A DNA stretch of 64,000 nt from an uncultured Alphaproteobacteria bacterium (GCA_947053455.1 CAMRSV010000001.1:32001-96000), one strand, 5' to 3'. Counted from the stretch's first letter, positions 10,606-19,678 are shown. Notes: generated by a model not told the origin, from the letters alone. Program-made: numbers and translations.

Positions 10606-10821
10606 ATCACAGAGAATTTCTGTGATGGGGCGTCGAAACCCCTTATAGAGGGTCCGAATAAATTCGGACATTAATGGCACAAGGAAATAATTAATTATTT
10701 TCATAGTTGTGCCGCCTTCCAACCACAAAAGGTTGGAGGATGGCTGAATATATTGAATAGGCCTGCAATTCTCTATAATTGTTTCGAACCTCCAACCACT
10801 TGAACTTTTCCAGTGGTTTTT
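10606..10821 (+). ncRNA. C4-like structured leader/attenuator RNA, copy 1
   Basis: 5' hairpin; GGGGCGTCGAAACCCC; a1 TCGAAAC / a' GTTTCGA; b1 ATAGAG / b' CTCTAT; GGTTGGAGG pairs with either CCTTCCAACC or CCTCCAACC; terminator AACCACT/AGTGGTT plus U tract. Confidence 0.8.
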
Positions 10822-10851
10822 ATTTATTAAAAGATTCAATGGAGTATAGAA

Positions 10852-11454
10852 ATGAGAAAATATCTTATAACTATTTTTGTTTTGTCTTTATCTTTGCCCG
10901 CCCGCGGCAACTTGGTAAGTGGCTCATATAAAGAAGGTGATTGGTGCTATAGTGATTGCACCTATCAAGGATGCCCGTCCGTCCGCAGATTTTCGTGCGG
11001 CGGATATTGCAACATGTATGAAATGCCCGATTGGCCAATCTGCAATAGTTATAACGAAGATGAATCCTGCGTAATTTGGAAAAGCAGCACAGAAATGTAT
11101 TATTGCAGCCTAGGTGGGGAACATGCCTGCTACGAAATTATTGGTTATGGCAGTAGCAAATATGAGACTTATAACACGACAAACCATAGTGTAAAATACT
11201 CTGAAATTCAGTTCGAACCAGATGACAACTATTATGACAATTGCTCCATAGAAGACATTATCGAAGTTTCTTATGGATGCGCGGCCGGATATTATGTTTC
11301 AAGCGGATATGGTTCTAATATTTATTGTTCGACATGTCCCAACGGCGGTACAAGTTATATCGGAAATATTTCTCAATCTAATTGTTATTTACCCGCGGGA
11401 AATTTTAGCGATGCAACCGGCACCGGACAATATACATCAAACTGCTACTGGTAA
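10852..11454 (+). CDS. Secreted Cys-rich protein with conserved C-terminal CAAGYY...CP...C.LPAG..D.TG...C module
   Basis: Signal peptide; many Cys; C-terminal ~60 aa aligns with the 41937..42554 product. Confidence 0.85.
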   Translation: MRKYLITIFVLSLSLPARGNLVSGSYKEGDWCYSDCTYQGCPSVRRFSCGGYCNMYEMPDWPICNSYNEDESCVIWKSSTEMYYCSLGGEHACYEIIGYGSSKYETYNTTNHSVKYSEIQFEPDDNYYDNCSIEDIIEVSYGCAAGYYVSSGYGSNIYCSTCPNGGTSYIGNISQSNCYLPAGNFSDATGTGQYTSNCYW

Positions 11455-11476
11455 AAGACCGGATATAAAAACGCAA

Positions 11477-11511
11477 AATAAAACGGGACAATAATACCGC
11501 CCCGTTTTATT
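11477..11511. terminator. Probable bidirectional terminator between convergent genes
   Basis: AATAAAACGGG...CCCGTTTTATT inverted repeat. Confidence 0.6.
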
Positions 11512-11519
11512 GTAATAGA

Positions 11520-11822
11520 CTATTTGCTTTTTGATGGTTTCTTCACTGTCTTTTTTGAGGAAGACACCGTTTTTTTATTGTTCGCTTTGGGTAAAGTTTT
11601 GGTTACCGGCTTTTTCACCGCGGCTTTTGCTTTTGATGCAGGCTTTTTCGCAGAATCCATCGCAGGCGCATGTTCACTCTTTTGTTTTGTAATTTCCTTT
11701 TTAAAAATATTCAATCCATCCGCCAGATTTTTCATCATGCCGGGAATCTTGCCGGACCCGAACAAAACTATAACTAAAACCACTATGATCAGTATTTCAG
11801 CCCAACCAAATCTTCCAAACAT
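11520..11822 (-). CDS. tatA: Twin-arginine translocase subunit TatA
   Basis: GWAEILIIVVLVIVLFGSGKIP...FKK; Lys-rich tail. Confidence 0.92.
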   Translation of the reverse strand: MFGRFGWAEILIIVVLVIVLFGSGKIPGMMKNLADGLNIFKKEITKQKSEHAPAMDSAKKPASKAKAAVKKPVTKTLPKANNKKTVSSSKKTVKKPSKSK

Positions 11823-11837
11823 ATTTATCCCCTTTTA

Positions 11838-12614
11838 TTATTTTGCAACATAACAGTCCAAACCGTCGGATTTCGCATTTCTGCAAAAACCGTTGGCATC
11901 ATTGGCATTTGAAAACGCAATACGCAGTCTGTATGTCGTCGTTCCATTCGGCAATTGCGCGGCTAAAATTATGAACTGCTTTCCTGTAAAAAGACTACTG
12001 TGGGCCCCCAGAATTTGCTTTTCAGCGCGTTCGGCCAATGCACGTGTGCTATATGAACCAAATTGAACATACCATGCACCCTTTGGCGCTGCCTGCGGTT
12101 TCGGCGCAGCTTTTTTGGCCGTCTGTTTTGCCGCCGGCTTTTTTACCGCAGCGGGCTGTTTTGATTGAACTTGCTTTGGCGCATCCGCCTTATCCGGGTT
12201 AAATGTGACGGGCTTTCTATCCTCTACCACGCGGACGGGAACCCCCGGCGTATCTGTTGTGGTGACCACTGGCGCAGCCGGCGCCACAGGTGGCGTCACC
12301 GGTGCAGGCTGTACAACGGGTTTTGGTGCATCCGGTTTTTGTGGTTCCACAACGGGTTTTACATCCGGCATCCCACTCGCCCCATCAATCACAACGACGG
12401 GTGCATCCAAATCAACATCTATTGAAGAAGATGAATCATTACCAATTGTACGAACAATAATATATGTCGCCAGTATGATAACTACTACCCCTAACCCCAG
12501 CAACAACCACGGCTTTTTCGGGCGCGGCGCGACAAACGGTGTTGCATCTGGCAATGCATCCATGGACACATCATCGTCCAGGTCTAATAAATCCAAATTT
12601 TTATCGTCATTCAT
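11838..12614 (-). CDS. SPOR-domain membrane protein (FtsN-like)
   Basis: One TM, Pro/Lys-rich linker, C-terminal SPOR (WYVQFGSY...YRLRI...FC..AK..GLDC). Confidence 0.85.
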   Translation of the reverse strand: MNDDKNLDLLDLDDDVSMDALPDATPFVAPRPKKPWLLLGLGVVVIILATYIIVRTIGNDSSSSIDVDLDAPVVVIDGASGMPDVKPVVEPQKPDAPKPVVQPAPVTPPVAPAAPVVTTTDTPGVPVRVVEDRKPVTFNPDKADAPKQVQSKQPAAVKKPAAKQTAKKAAPKPQAAPKGAWYVQFGSYSTRALAERAEKQILGAHSSLFTGKQFIILAAQLPNGTTTYRLRIAFSNANDANGFCRNAKSDGLDCYVAK

Positions 12615-12726
12615 AATGATTCCCCCATTACTCTTTGACTGTATTATATCATAAAAATATTCCCATAACAAAGAATATCTGGCAAAAAACAGTCTGTTTT
12701 AGCGGAAAATTTTCTTAAAATGCGCA

Positions 12727-12870
12727 TTATTTCGGCATTTGACCAAAGTTTGGCGGAACAATCAACTTGTGATTTTCGCTGACAATGGGTTCAACCTCGC
12801 AACTGGACATGCATGCCGACAGCGCCAAAGGTAACACGGCAACACACAATAAAAACAATATTTTTTTCAT
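12727..12870 (-). CDS. Small lipoprotein, 47 aa (not in ORF track)
   Basis: Hand-translated MKKILFLLCVAVLPLALSACMSSCEVEPIVSENHKLIVPPNFGQMPK; AAGGA SD; lipobox LSAC. Confidence 0.8.
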   Translation of the reverse strand: MKKILFLLCVAVLPLALSACMSSCEVEPIVSENHKLIVPPNFGQMPK

Positions 12871-12931
12871 TTTTATCCTTCCTTTTATTCACTTAAATAT
12901 ATGCGGCGTGCATGATGCACGCCGCATTAAT

Positions 12932-14665
12932 TTAGCACGGCATTTTCACTGCATCACGCATTTTATTTACAAATGCGTCCAGTGACATTGTTTCCTGCTT
13001 TTCTACCCCAAGGGTACGCAGTGTTACATTTTTATCGGCCTGCTCTTTCTCGCCTACGACGGCGATAATCGGGGTTTTGGCCATTGACAGTTCACGAATT
13101 TTATAGTTTACCTTTTCATCGCGTAAATCGGCGTGCGCATTAACACCGGCATCACGCAGCGCGGTTACAACTTCATTCGCATATTCTTTGAACTTTTCTG
13201 AAATGGGGGTTACCACCACCGGTTCCGGCGACAACCACAGCGGCAAATTCCCACCCGTTGATTCCAGCAAAATACCCATAAATCGTTCAATGGAACCAAG
13301 CATTGCACGATGCAACATAATCGGACGATGTTTTTCCCCGTCTTCGCCGATATAGGACAAATCAAACCGTTCCGGCAGATTCATATCCAGCTGAACTGTC
13401 CCGCACTGCCACGTGCGTCCCATGGAATCCTTTAGATAATTGTCAATTTTCGGGCCATAAAACGCTGCATCGCCTTCTGCAATCTCGTATTCAATGCCGT
13501 TCGCATCCAACGCATGACGCAACGCGCCCTCCGCCTTGTCCCAGATTTCGTCCGATCCAATACGGAATTCCGATTCTTTTCGCGTCGCCAATTTCATTGA
13601 AATTTTTTCAAATCCGAACTTGCTGTAAATATCCTTAATAAAGCGCAGGATTTTTACAACCTCGGTCTCAAGCTGTTCTTCTGTGCAAAAGATGTGTGCG
13701 TCGTCCTGGGTAAATTCGCGTACACGCATCAGGCCAGACAGGCCGCCGGCCGCCTCATATCTGTTAACCTTGCCAAATTCCGCCAAATACATCGGCAGGT
13801 CTTTATAAGACTTTATTCCCTGACCAAATACCAGCATTCCACCCGGACATGACATCGGTTTTACACAGAAAGTCTTGCCATCCTGTGTTTTACCGGAATA
13901 ATTATGTTCGCCATATTTTGCCCAGTGGCCACTGCGTTCCCACAGGCACCTATCCATAACCGCCGGGGTTGAAATTTCAAGGTAGCCCGCCCGTTCTTGA
14001 CGTGCACGAACATATTCAATCAAGCGCCGATAAATTCTATATCCCTTGTCATGCCAGAATACCGCACCCGGCGCGTATTCCGGTTCAAAATGGAACAAGT
14101 CCATATCACGCCCAAGCTTTCGGTTGTCGCGCGCGGCGGCCTCTTCTTGCATTTTAAGGAACGCGTCCAATTCCTCGCGCGTTGCAAATGCATCGACATA
14201 AATGCGCTGCAACATTTTATTTTTTGCATCACCCTTCCAGTATGCGCCGGCAACCGAACGGATTTTAAACCCGTCGCGTGGCAAATCCTTGGAACTTTCC
14301 ACATGCGGGCCACGGCACAAATCCGTAAAATCGCGGAACGAATAAATCGAGAGTTGTTCACCCGCCGCATCATATTCACGCAACCATTCGGTTTTATACG
14401 GCTGCGCGGCAAAAATTTCCATTGCTTCGTCGCGCGAAACAAATCGCTGTTCAAACCGGCCATTTGATTTTATCAACGCGCGCATTTCCTTTTCAATTTT
14501 TTCAAAATCTTCGTTGGTAAATCTGTGTTCGGTATCAAAATCGTAATAAAAACCGTTTTCAATCGCAGGACCGCCACCAAATTTTACATCCGGATATAAG
14601 TTCTGAACCGCCGCCGCCAAAACATGCGCCAACGAATGTCTTATTGTTTCAAGTTCATATGACAT
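12932..14665 (-). CDS. thrS: Threonine--tRNA ligase (no N-terminal TGS domain)
   Basis: RHSLAHVLA, DLCRGPH, KPMSCP, RVREFTQDDAHIF, FYGPKID, WQCGTVQLD, HRAMLGSIERF. Confidence 0.98.
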   Translation of the reverse strand: MSYELETIRHSLAHVLAAAVQNLYPDVKFGGGPAIENGFYYDFDTEHRFTNEDFEKIEKEMRALIKSNGRFEQRFVSRDEAMEIFAAQPYKTEWLREYDAAGEQLSIYSFRDFTDLCRGPHVESSKDLPRDGFKIRSVAGAYWKGDAKNKMLQRIYVDAFATREELDAFLKMQEEAAARDNRKLGRDMDLFHFEPEYAPGAVFWHDKGYRIYRRLIEYVRARQERAGYLEISTPAVMDRCLWERSGHWAKYGEHNYSGKTQDGKTFCVKPMSCPGGMLVFGQGIKSYKDLPMYLAEFGKVNRYEAAGGLSGLMRVREFTQDDAHIFCTEEQLETEVVKILRFIKDIYSKFGFEKISMKLATRKESEFRIGSDEIWDKAEGALRHALDANGIEYEIAEGDAAFYGPKIDNYLKDSMGRTWQCGTVQLDMNLPERFDLSYIGEDGEKHRPIMLHRAMLGSIERFMGILLESTGGNLPLWLSPEPVVVTPISEKFKEYANEVVTALRDAGVNAHADLRDEKVNYKIRELSMAKTPIIAVVGEKEQADKNVTLRTLGVEKQETMSLDAFVNKMRDAVKMPC

Positions 14666-14745
14666 GATAAAAATCCTTAATATTCTTTAGTTATTTATTG
14701 TTTAACTTAAATTATACATAGCGCGCGGAAAACCGCAAATAGAAA

Positions 14746-14808
14746 TTACACCCCCAAAGGGGTTGTAGTTGTTGTAAAAGCAATAAACATAAGAACACAA
14801 TCTTTCAT
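14746..14808 (-). CDS. thrS leader peptide MKDCVLMFIAFTTTTTPLGV (putative attenuator)
   Basis: Five consecutive Thr codons ACA ACA ACT ACA ACC overlapping hairpin TACAACCCC-TTT-GGGGGTGTA, 80 nt upstream of thrS. Confidence 0.75.
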   Translation of the reverse strand: MKDCVLMFIAFTTTTTPLGV

Positions 14809-14815
14809 GACAAAT

Positions 14816-14844
14816 ATTATGTCTTGAATATGGTACAAAGTCAA
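14816..14844 (-). promoter_or_regulatory. Sigma70-type promoter for thrS leader
   Basis: TTGACT-17 nt-CATAAT, 7 nt before the leader ATG. Confidence 0.65.
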
Positions 14845-14845
14845 T

Positions 14846-14872
14846 AAAAAACGCCCCGTTTGGGGCGTTTTT
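14846..14872 (-). terminator. Terminator after gltX-hemolysin III
   Basis: AAAAAACGCCCC-GTTT-GGGGCGTTTTT. Confidence 0.8.
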
Positions 14873-14873
14873 A

Positions 14874-15620
14874 TCAGAAATCAATTATGCATCCGAACAG
14901 TACCGCGAAAAAGAAACACACCGTGCCACCAATTACAAACAGATGCCATATTGCATGCGAATATTTCATGCGACGCCACAAATAAAATATCACCCCCAGC
15001 GAGTATGACAGGCCGCCCGCCAATATAAACCACATGCCGAGCGCCGGTATATGACGCAACATTGCCGGCAATATAAACAGCATTGTCCATCCCATAACCA
15101 GATACAGCAACACCATCCATTTCGGCTGCTGCTTTGGATTTCTGATTTTCATGACGGCGCCAAATATTACAATCGCCCAAAGTATTCCAAACACAGTCCA
15201 CCCAATCCCGCCACGCAGATTCACCAGGCAAAACGGAGTATATGTCCCGGCAATAAGCGCATATATTGCAACACTATCCCAAACTTCAAAAAAGCATTCA
15301 GATTTTTGTCCGATGGACGCATGACACATGGTCGAACCAAAATATAATGTAAACATTGTGACACCGAAAATTGCGGTCGACACAATCGCCCACGCATCCC
15401 CCTTTAGCGCCGCAAACACCACCAGCAGTGTCAATGCCGCAATTGCGATTCCAATTCCGATTCCGTGCGTCAATATGTTTAACGCCTCTTCGGCGCGAGT
15501 GCTGGGGCGTTCCCAACGAAACAGCCCGGTTGCCCGCAGCGCCCGCAATATGCACGACGCATGAGTATCACGCTTTACGGCCTTTAATTTTGTCTTAACT
15601 TGTTTTTTTGTTTTTGTCAT
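14874..15620 (-). CDS. Hemolysin III / PAQR family membrane protein
   Basis: EEALNILTHGIG, LIAGTYTPF, YLVMGW, HAIWHLFV; ATG overlaps gltX stop. Confidence 0.92.
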   Translation of the reverse strand: MTKTKKQVKTKLKAVKRDTHASCILRALRATGLFRWERPSTRAEEALNILTHGIGIGIAIAALTLLVVFAALKGDAWAIVSTAIFGVTMFTLYFGSTMCHASIGQKSECFFEVWDSVAIYALIAGTYTPFCLVNLRGGIGWTVFGILWAIVIFGAVMKIRNPKQQPKWMVLLYLVMGWTMLFILPAMLRHIPALGMWFILAGGLSYSLGVIFYLWRRMKYSHAIWHLFVIGGTVCFFFAVLFGCIIDF

Positions 15621-17194
15621 TTTAATATATCCCCTATTCTTTTTATTACGCGATTCTCCCCCAGAACATTTATTATTGAATACAAATCCGGCGTGTTCGT
15701 GCGTCCCGATAGCGCCACGCGCAGGCTCATTGCCACATCGCCGTTTTTGACGCCCAGTTTCTCGGCAATAGAAACAATTTTCGCCCACCATGCATCCTTG
15801 TCGTCAGACGCATTATACACCGCCAAAAATTCACGCAATGCGTCACGGTTATATTCAAATTCAGTATTTGGCACAAACAGTGCATCCCAGAAAAACGCAA
15901 CGTTTTCCAGCGTCTGGCGCCAAGTGATAAAATCCTTGCGCACGCGCTTTGGATTATCACGCTCAATCGAGAGCACATCGGTCAAATAATCCCTGTCTGC
16001 GACCTGCATTTTGTGTTTATCATCACCGTATTCGTTTGCCCAATTGGTGATACGCGAAACCAATTCCGACACCGGCAGCGCACCAATAAATTCCTTAGCC
16101 CACCATTCCAATTTTTTCATATCAAACAACGCGCCCGACATCGGAATCTTTTTCGGCCGCATTTCATATTCCCAAATGGATTTGACGGTCCCCTTGTTTT
16201 TCGCCTCTTCATATCCAGATGCTGCGATATTGAACAAATATTCCAGAACTGATTCTGTCGGCCACCCGTCGCGCAGGAAATATTCCACATTCGCTTCTGG
16301 ATCCTTGCGCTTGGAAAGTTTGCGTTGCTTACCGGTTTCCTCATCAATCTTGTCAATAGTTGATGTATGGATATACATTGGCGCCGGCCAATCCATCATG
16401 CGAAACAGTGCCACATGCAACGGCAATGACGGCAACCATTCTTCGCCACGGATAACATGCGTTGTGCGCATAAAATGGTCGTCCACCAAGTGTGCAAAAT
16501 GATATGTCGGCAATCCATCGTTTGATTTGATTAAAACCAAATCCTCGTTATTTTCGGGAAAACCGACGGAACCACGGACTGCATCCTTGCAGAATATACG
16601 GCGCGACGGGTCACCCATAGAATACAGGCGAATTGTCGGCACTTCACCTGCATCCAGGTGCGCTACAATTTCGTCTTCGGTTAAATTTCTATCGCGTGCA
16701 AATTCCCCGTAAATGCCGGTTGGGAAACCCGCCGCCTTTTGATCCGCACGGATTTTTTCCATATCTTCCGATGTCAAGAAACACGGATATGCCAACCCCC
16801 GGCGCAATAAATCCGCCGCGACCGAATGATATATGTCTTTGCGCTGCGACTGATAATATGGGCCATAGACATCATCATTATTATATTTCAAACCGAATCG
16901 CGCCATTGACGCAACGATAATTTTTACCGCGTCTGCAACCTCGCGCTTGGTATCGGTATCTTCAATACGCAGCATGAACACCCCGCCCGACTGTTGCGCC
17001 AATTTGCAATCAATCAAGGCACCATACAATCCACCCAGATGCATATAGCCTGTGGGACTTGGCGCAAAGCGCGTGACAAGCGCACCATCCGGCAAATCGC
17101 GCGGGGGAAATTTCTCTTCCAACTGCGCCAATGTATATCTTGGCGCCGTCCCCAGAATACGCGTAATAAGTTGTTCTGATAAACTCTGTCTCAT
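15617..17194 (-). CDS. gltX: Glutamate--tRNA ligase
   Basis: RFAPSPTGYMHLGG, LRIEDTD, PTYHFAHLVDDH, HVIRGEEW, KLSKR. Confidence 0.96.
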   Translation of the reverse strand: MRQSLSEQLITRILGTAPRYTLAQLEEKFPPRDLPDGALVTRFAPSPTGYMHLGGLYGALIDCKLAQQSGGVFMLRIEDTDTKREVADAVKIIVASMARFGLKYNNDDVYGPYYQSQRKDIYHSVAADLLRRGLAYPCFLTSEDMEKIRADQKAAGFPTGIYGEFARDRNLTEDEIVAHLDAGEVPTIRLYSMGDPSRRIFCKDAVRGSVGFPENNEDLVLIKSNDGLPTYHFAHLVDDHFMRTTHVIRGEEWLPSLPLHVALFRMMDWPAPMYIHTSTIDKIDEETGKQRKLSKRKDPEANVEYFLRDGWPTESVLEYLFNIAASGYEEAKNKGTVKSIWEYEMRPKKIPMSGALFDMKKLEWWAKEFIGALPVSELVSRITNWANEYGDDKHKMQVADRDYLTDVLSIERDNPKRVRKDFITWRQTLENVAFFWDALFVPNTEFEYNRDALREFLAVYNASDDKDAWWAKIVSIAEKLGVKNGDVAMSLRVALSGRTNTPDLYSIINVLGENRVIKRIGDILK

Positions 17195-17241
17195 ATTTAT
17201 TTAACCTTGTTTTCTTAATCAATGAATTTTATACTAAAAAT

Positions 17242-17868
17242 ATGGAAAAACAAGAAATAAGAACTTTTGGGCGCAGGCACGGAAAAAAACTGTCCCTGCG
17301 AAAAGAATATTTGATAGCGCACGTTTTGCCGCAAATTGCACCTGTAACCGACGCAAAAATACTTGAAATTGGTTTCGGCGCAGGCGAACATGTACGCCAA
17401 TTGTCGTCGGATAATCCAGACACTATCATCATCGGTGCAGAACCATTTATGAATGGGGTTGCCTCCCTGCTGTCGGCGATAACGGACGAAAAAACAAACT
17501 TGATTTCGCCACAGTATAAAAACATACGCATATTTGCGGACGATGTGCGCATAATGCTAAAAAAACCAAATTTTAAATTTAGCGAAATATGGGTTCTGCA
17601 CCCTGACCCGTGGCCAAAGGCAAAACATGAAAAACGCCGCCTGTTAAATGCAGAGTTTTTGACACTACTGTCAGAACATTTGGAAAAAGACGGTAAAATA
17701 ATAATAGGCACGGATCATTGGGAATATTACGAGTGGATAACTGAACGCATCCCAGAAACCCCGCTGCGCATTCTTGCAACAAATCTTGAAACAATACAAA
17801 CCCGGTACCAGTCTAAAAACATGGCCGGAACAGATGCGCCTAAATACCTAATCTTGCAAAACAGGTAA
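17242..17868 (+). CDS. trmB: tRNA (guanine-N7)-methyltransferase
   Basis: LEIGFGAGEH, GAEPF, PDPWPKAKHEKRRL, TDH..Y. Confidence 0.95.
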   Translation: MEKQEIRTFGRRHGKKLSLRKEYLIAHVLPQIAPVTDAKILEIGFGAGEHVRQLSSDNPDTIIIGAEPFMNGVASLLSAITDEKTNLISPQYKNIRIFADDVRIMLKKPNFKFSEIWVLHPDPWPKAKHEKRRLLNAEFLTLLSEHLEKDGKIIIGTDHWEYYEWITERIPETPLRILATNLETIQTRYQSKNMAGTDAPKYLILQNR

Positions 17869-18042
17869 CGCGTTTGAACTATAATGGCGTGGCGCTGATT
17901 TTTTGTATCTAACCGGATGTTTTGCGACGGGCGCCGTACACACATTACACGCAGGAATCACTTTCAAGTTCGATGCCACGGCGCCATCCGGCGCGACACC
18001 AGCAAAAGCAAATATAAGAAAAACACATACAACACGCATCAT
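17848..18042 (-). CDS. Small hypothetical secreted protein
   Basis: Signal-peptide-like N-terminus, CNVC; ATGA coupling to the upstream gene. Confidence 0.45.
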   Translation of the reverse strand: MMRVVCVFLIFAFAGVAPDGAVASNLKVIPACNVCTAPVAKHPVRYKKSAPRHYSSNALPVLQD

Positions 18043-18725
18043 TTTCTACCCGCGGCTATAAAAAATCCGATACGATTGCATAGTTCGGGTCGCATAGATT
18101 TTACCAGCCGCAAAACCTGCTGAACACGAAAATCAGACATCGGTGCAAATAAAACGTCGCCTTCAAATTCATTGTCAAACGAATCCAACATCCCATAAAC
18201 TCGCCCTACAAAATCCGATTTATCGCCCGCATCGTCTGCAAATGCAAATATTACAGACGATGCCTTTATAGACTTTAAATTTTCAAAAACTACCGGCCAA
18301 TCGCACGGCGCTATGTCGCCCAAATCCATCCCTATTGACAATTCACGGTTAAAAAATAAATCTTCGCGTATTGCGTGAAATTCATCGACGAACCACCCCA
18401 GCATTGAAACCGGCATAAAAACCTGGGTTCCGGCGGCGCCACTGCGAAATGCCGAATTTATGCGTGCGGATAAATCCACCGCGGTATTTGTGCGTGTGGC
18501 CACACCGCTTTTTTCAACAACAAATCGTGCGATTATATCGGTATTTGTTTTTTCCAACCACGGCCACAGGGACGCGACCGCATCGGGCGCCGCAGATATT
18601 CGCCCCATATTGTTTGCCAGCACATATTCCGCCGCCACGGCCAAATCGGCCCCTTTTACATATGACGGAACCCATGCAAAAACATGCCCATCAAAATCTT
18701 CAAAAAACATATTATGTTCAATCAT
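18039..18725 (-). CDS. Hypothetical protein, possibly degenerate aldolase/DeoC-like TIM barrel
   Basis: Alternating beta/alpha pattern; INSAFRSGAAGTQVFMP resembles DeoC AIADGADEIDMV. Confidence 0.6.
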   Translation of the reverse strand: MIEHNMFFEDFDGHVFAWVPSYVKGADLAVAAEYVLANNMGRISAAPDAVASLWPWLEKTNTDIIARFVVEKSGVATRTNTAVDLSARINSAFRSGAAGTQVFMPVSMLGWFVDEFHAIREDLFFNRELSIGMDLGDIAPCDWPVVFENLKSIKASSVIFAFADDAGDKSDFVGRVYGMLDSFDNEFEGDVLFAPMSDFRVQQVLRLVKSMRPELCNRIGFFIAAGRK

Positions 18726-18768
18726 TATGCTTTTTACTTTATCATAAATATGATACAATTAAAGACAA

Positions 18769-19677
18769 ATGAGAAATAGAATAGATAATATATTGCTGGG
18801 AATATTATGGGTTCTAGCGGTGACGCTTGGAACCAGTTTTTGGTTTAACACGCAATTCGGATTCAACATGTTTTCCGACGCCCACTGGCAATATCTGGCC
18901 TATCTTCAGGCATCGCAGTCACATGTCCGACCAATGTTTTATGTGTCACTGGCGGCGGCTATATTTATATTAATATTTGGCCTATATATATTAATGCGCC
19001 CGCGGCGCCGTAAAATAAGGCTCGGTCAAAAACCAATCGTTGCAGACATGAATAAAAAGCCTGTCAACAACACGCAAACTGATGCATCAACAATAGATAT
19101 TGTAGCGGCCGAGCCCACCCCAAAGCCCGCCACTGCATCACCCGTAATTGATTCAAAACGGCCACCGCGACTAAATTTGCCACCCATAACAAATCGCGCG
19201 CCCCAACCGCATCAATCGCAACCGCTGGGCACAACAATGTTGCAGCCAAACACAAGCCCGGACGCCAATGCGGCGGAAATAAGAAAAATCTTTGAAGACG
19301 CTGGCTACTTAATAAAAAAGAACCCACAAATCGGCAACACGCGCCCCAGCCTGTTTGCAATCGGAACAAACGAGGTATTGTGGATTGGCGCATCAAATAT
19401 TTCCACGACTGATATGCGCCGCGCCATAAACAAACTGTCGAATATATTTACCGACACACTGGATAACATAGAAATAAATATTAATGGATTTGTAATAAAC
19501 GCAACCGACGCCGCAACATCAGAATTTCAAGACATACTTATGTTTGCTGATGTGAACGCCCTGCGCGACTATATGGCGGGACATCACAATCCCCCGCTGC
19601 CACCGGACGACGAAGGTAACTTTGACGCATATTCAGCATACATCGGAACAGTAATAGATTATATAGGTAAAATGTAA
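18769..19677 (+). CDS. Hypothetical membrane protein (2 TM, Pro-rich linker, globular C-terminal domain)
   Basis: Long ORF with hydrophobic N-terminus; first gene of a tight 4-gene run. Confidence 0.75.
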   Translation: MRNRIDNILLGILWVLAVTLGTSFWFNTQFGFNMFSDAHWQYLAYLQASQSHVRPMFYVSLAAAIFILIFGLYILMRPRRRKIRLGQKPIVADMNKKPVNNTQTDASTIDIVAAEPTPKPATASPVIDSKRPPRLNLPPITNRAPQPHQSQPLGTTMLQPNTSPDANAAEIRKIFEDAGYLIKKNPQIGNTRPSLFAIGTNEVLWIGASNISTTDMRRAINKLSNIFTDTLDNIEININGFVINATDAATSEFQDILMFADVNALRDYMAGHHNPPLPPDDEGNFDAYSAYIGTVIDYIGKM

Positions 19678-19678
19678 A

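Noticed and set aside
10633-10787. Invertible DNA segment bounded by a1-b1 / b'-a' inverted repeats
   Set aside because: Repeats are short, interrupted by unequal spacers and differ at each locus; all four copies have the same orientation relative to their gene and no invertase is adjacent. RNA pairing explains them better. Read-level inversion analysis would settle it.
10731-10798. tRNA-like look of the leader core (GTTTCGAA like a T loop, stem ending in CCA)
   Set aside because: No D arm or anticodon arm geometry, and the motif varies (GCTCTGA, GTTTCTA) in step with a1. RNase P processing as for C4 remains possible, but it is not a tRNA gene.
10588-10839. Antisense ORFs over leaders sharing a peptide (SGWRFETI here; DGWRLETI in 56484..56702), plus 42634..42861 and 45422..45829
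   Set aside because: Similarity is explained by the conserved RNA motif (reverse complement of a' and Z); there is no conserved start, length or SD.
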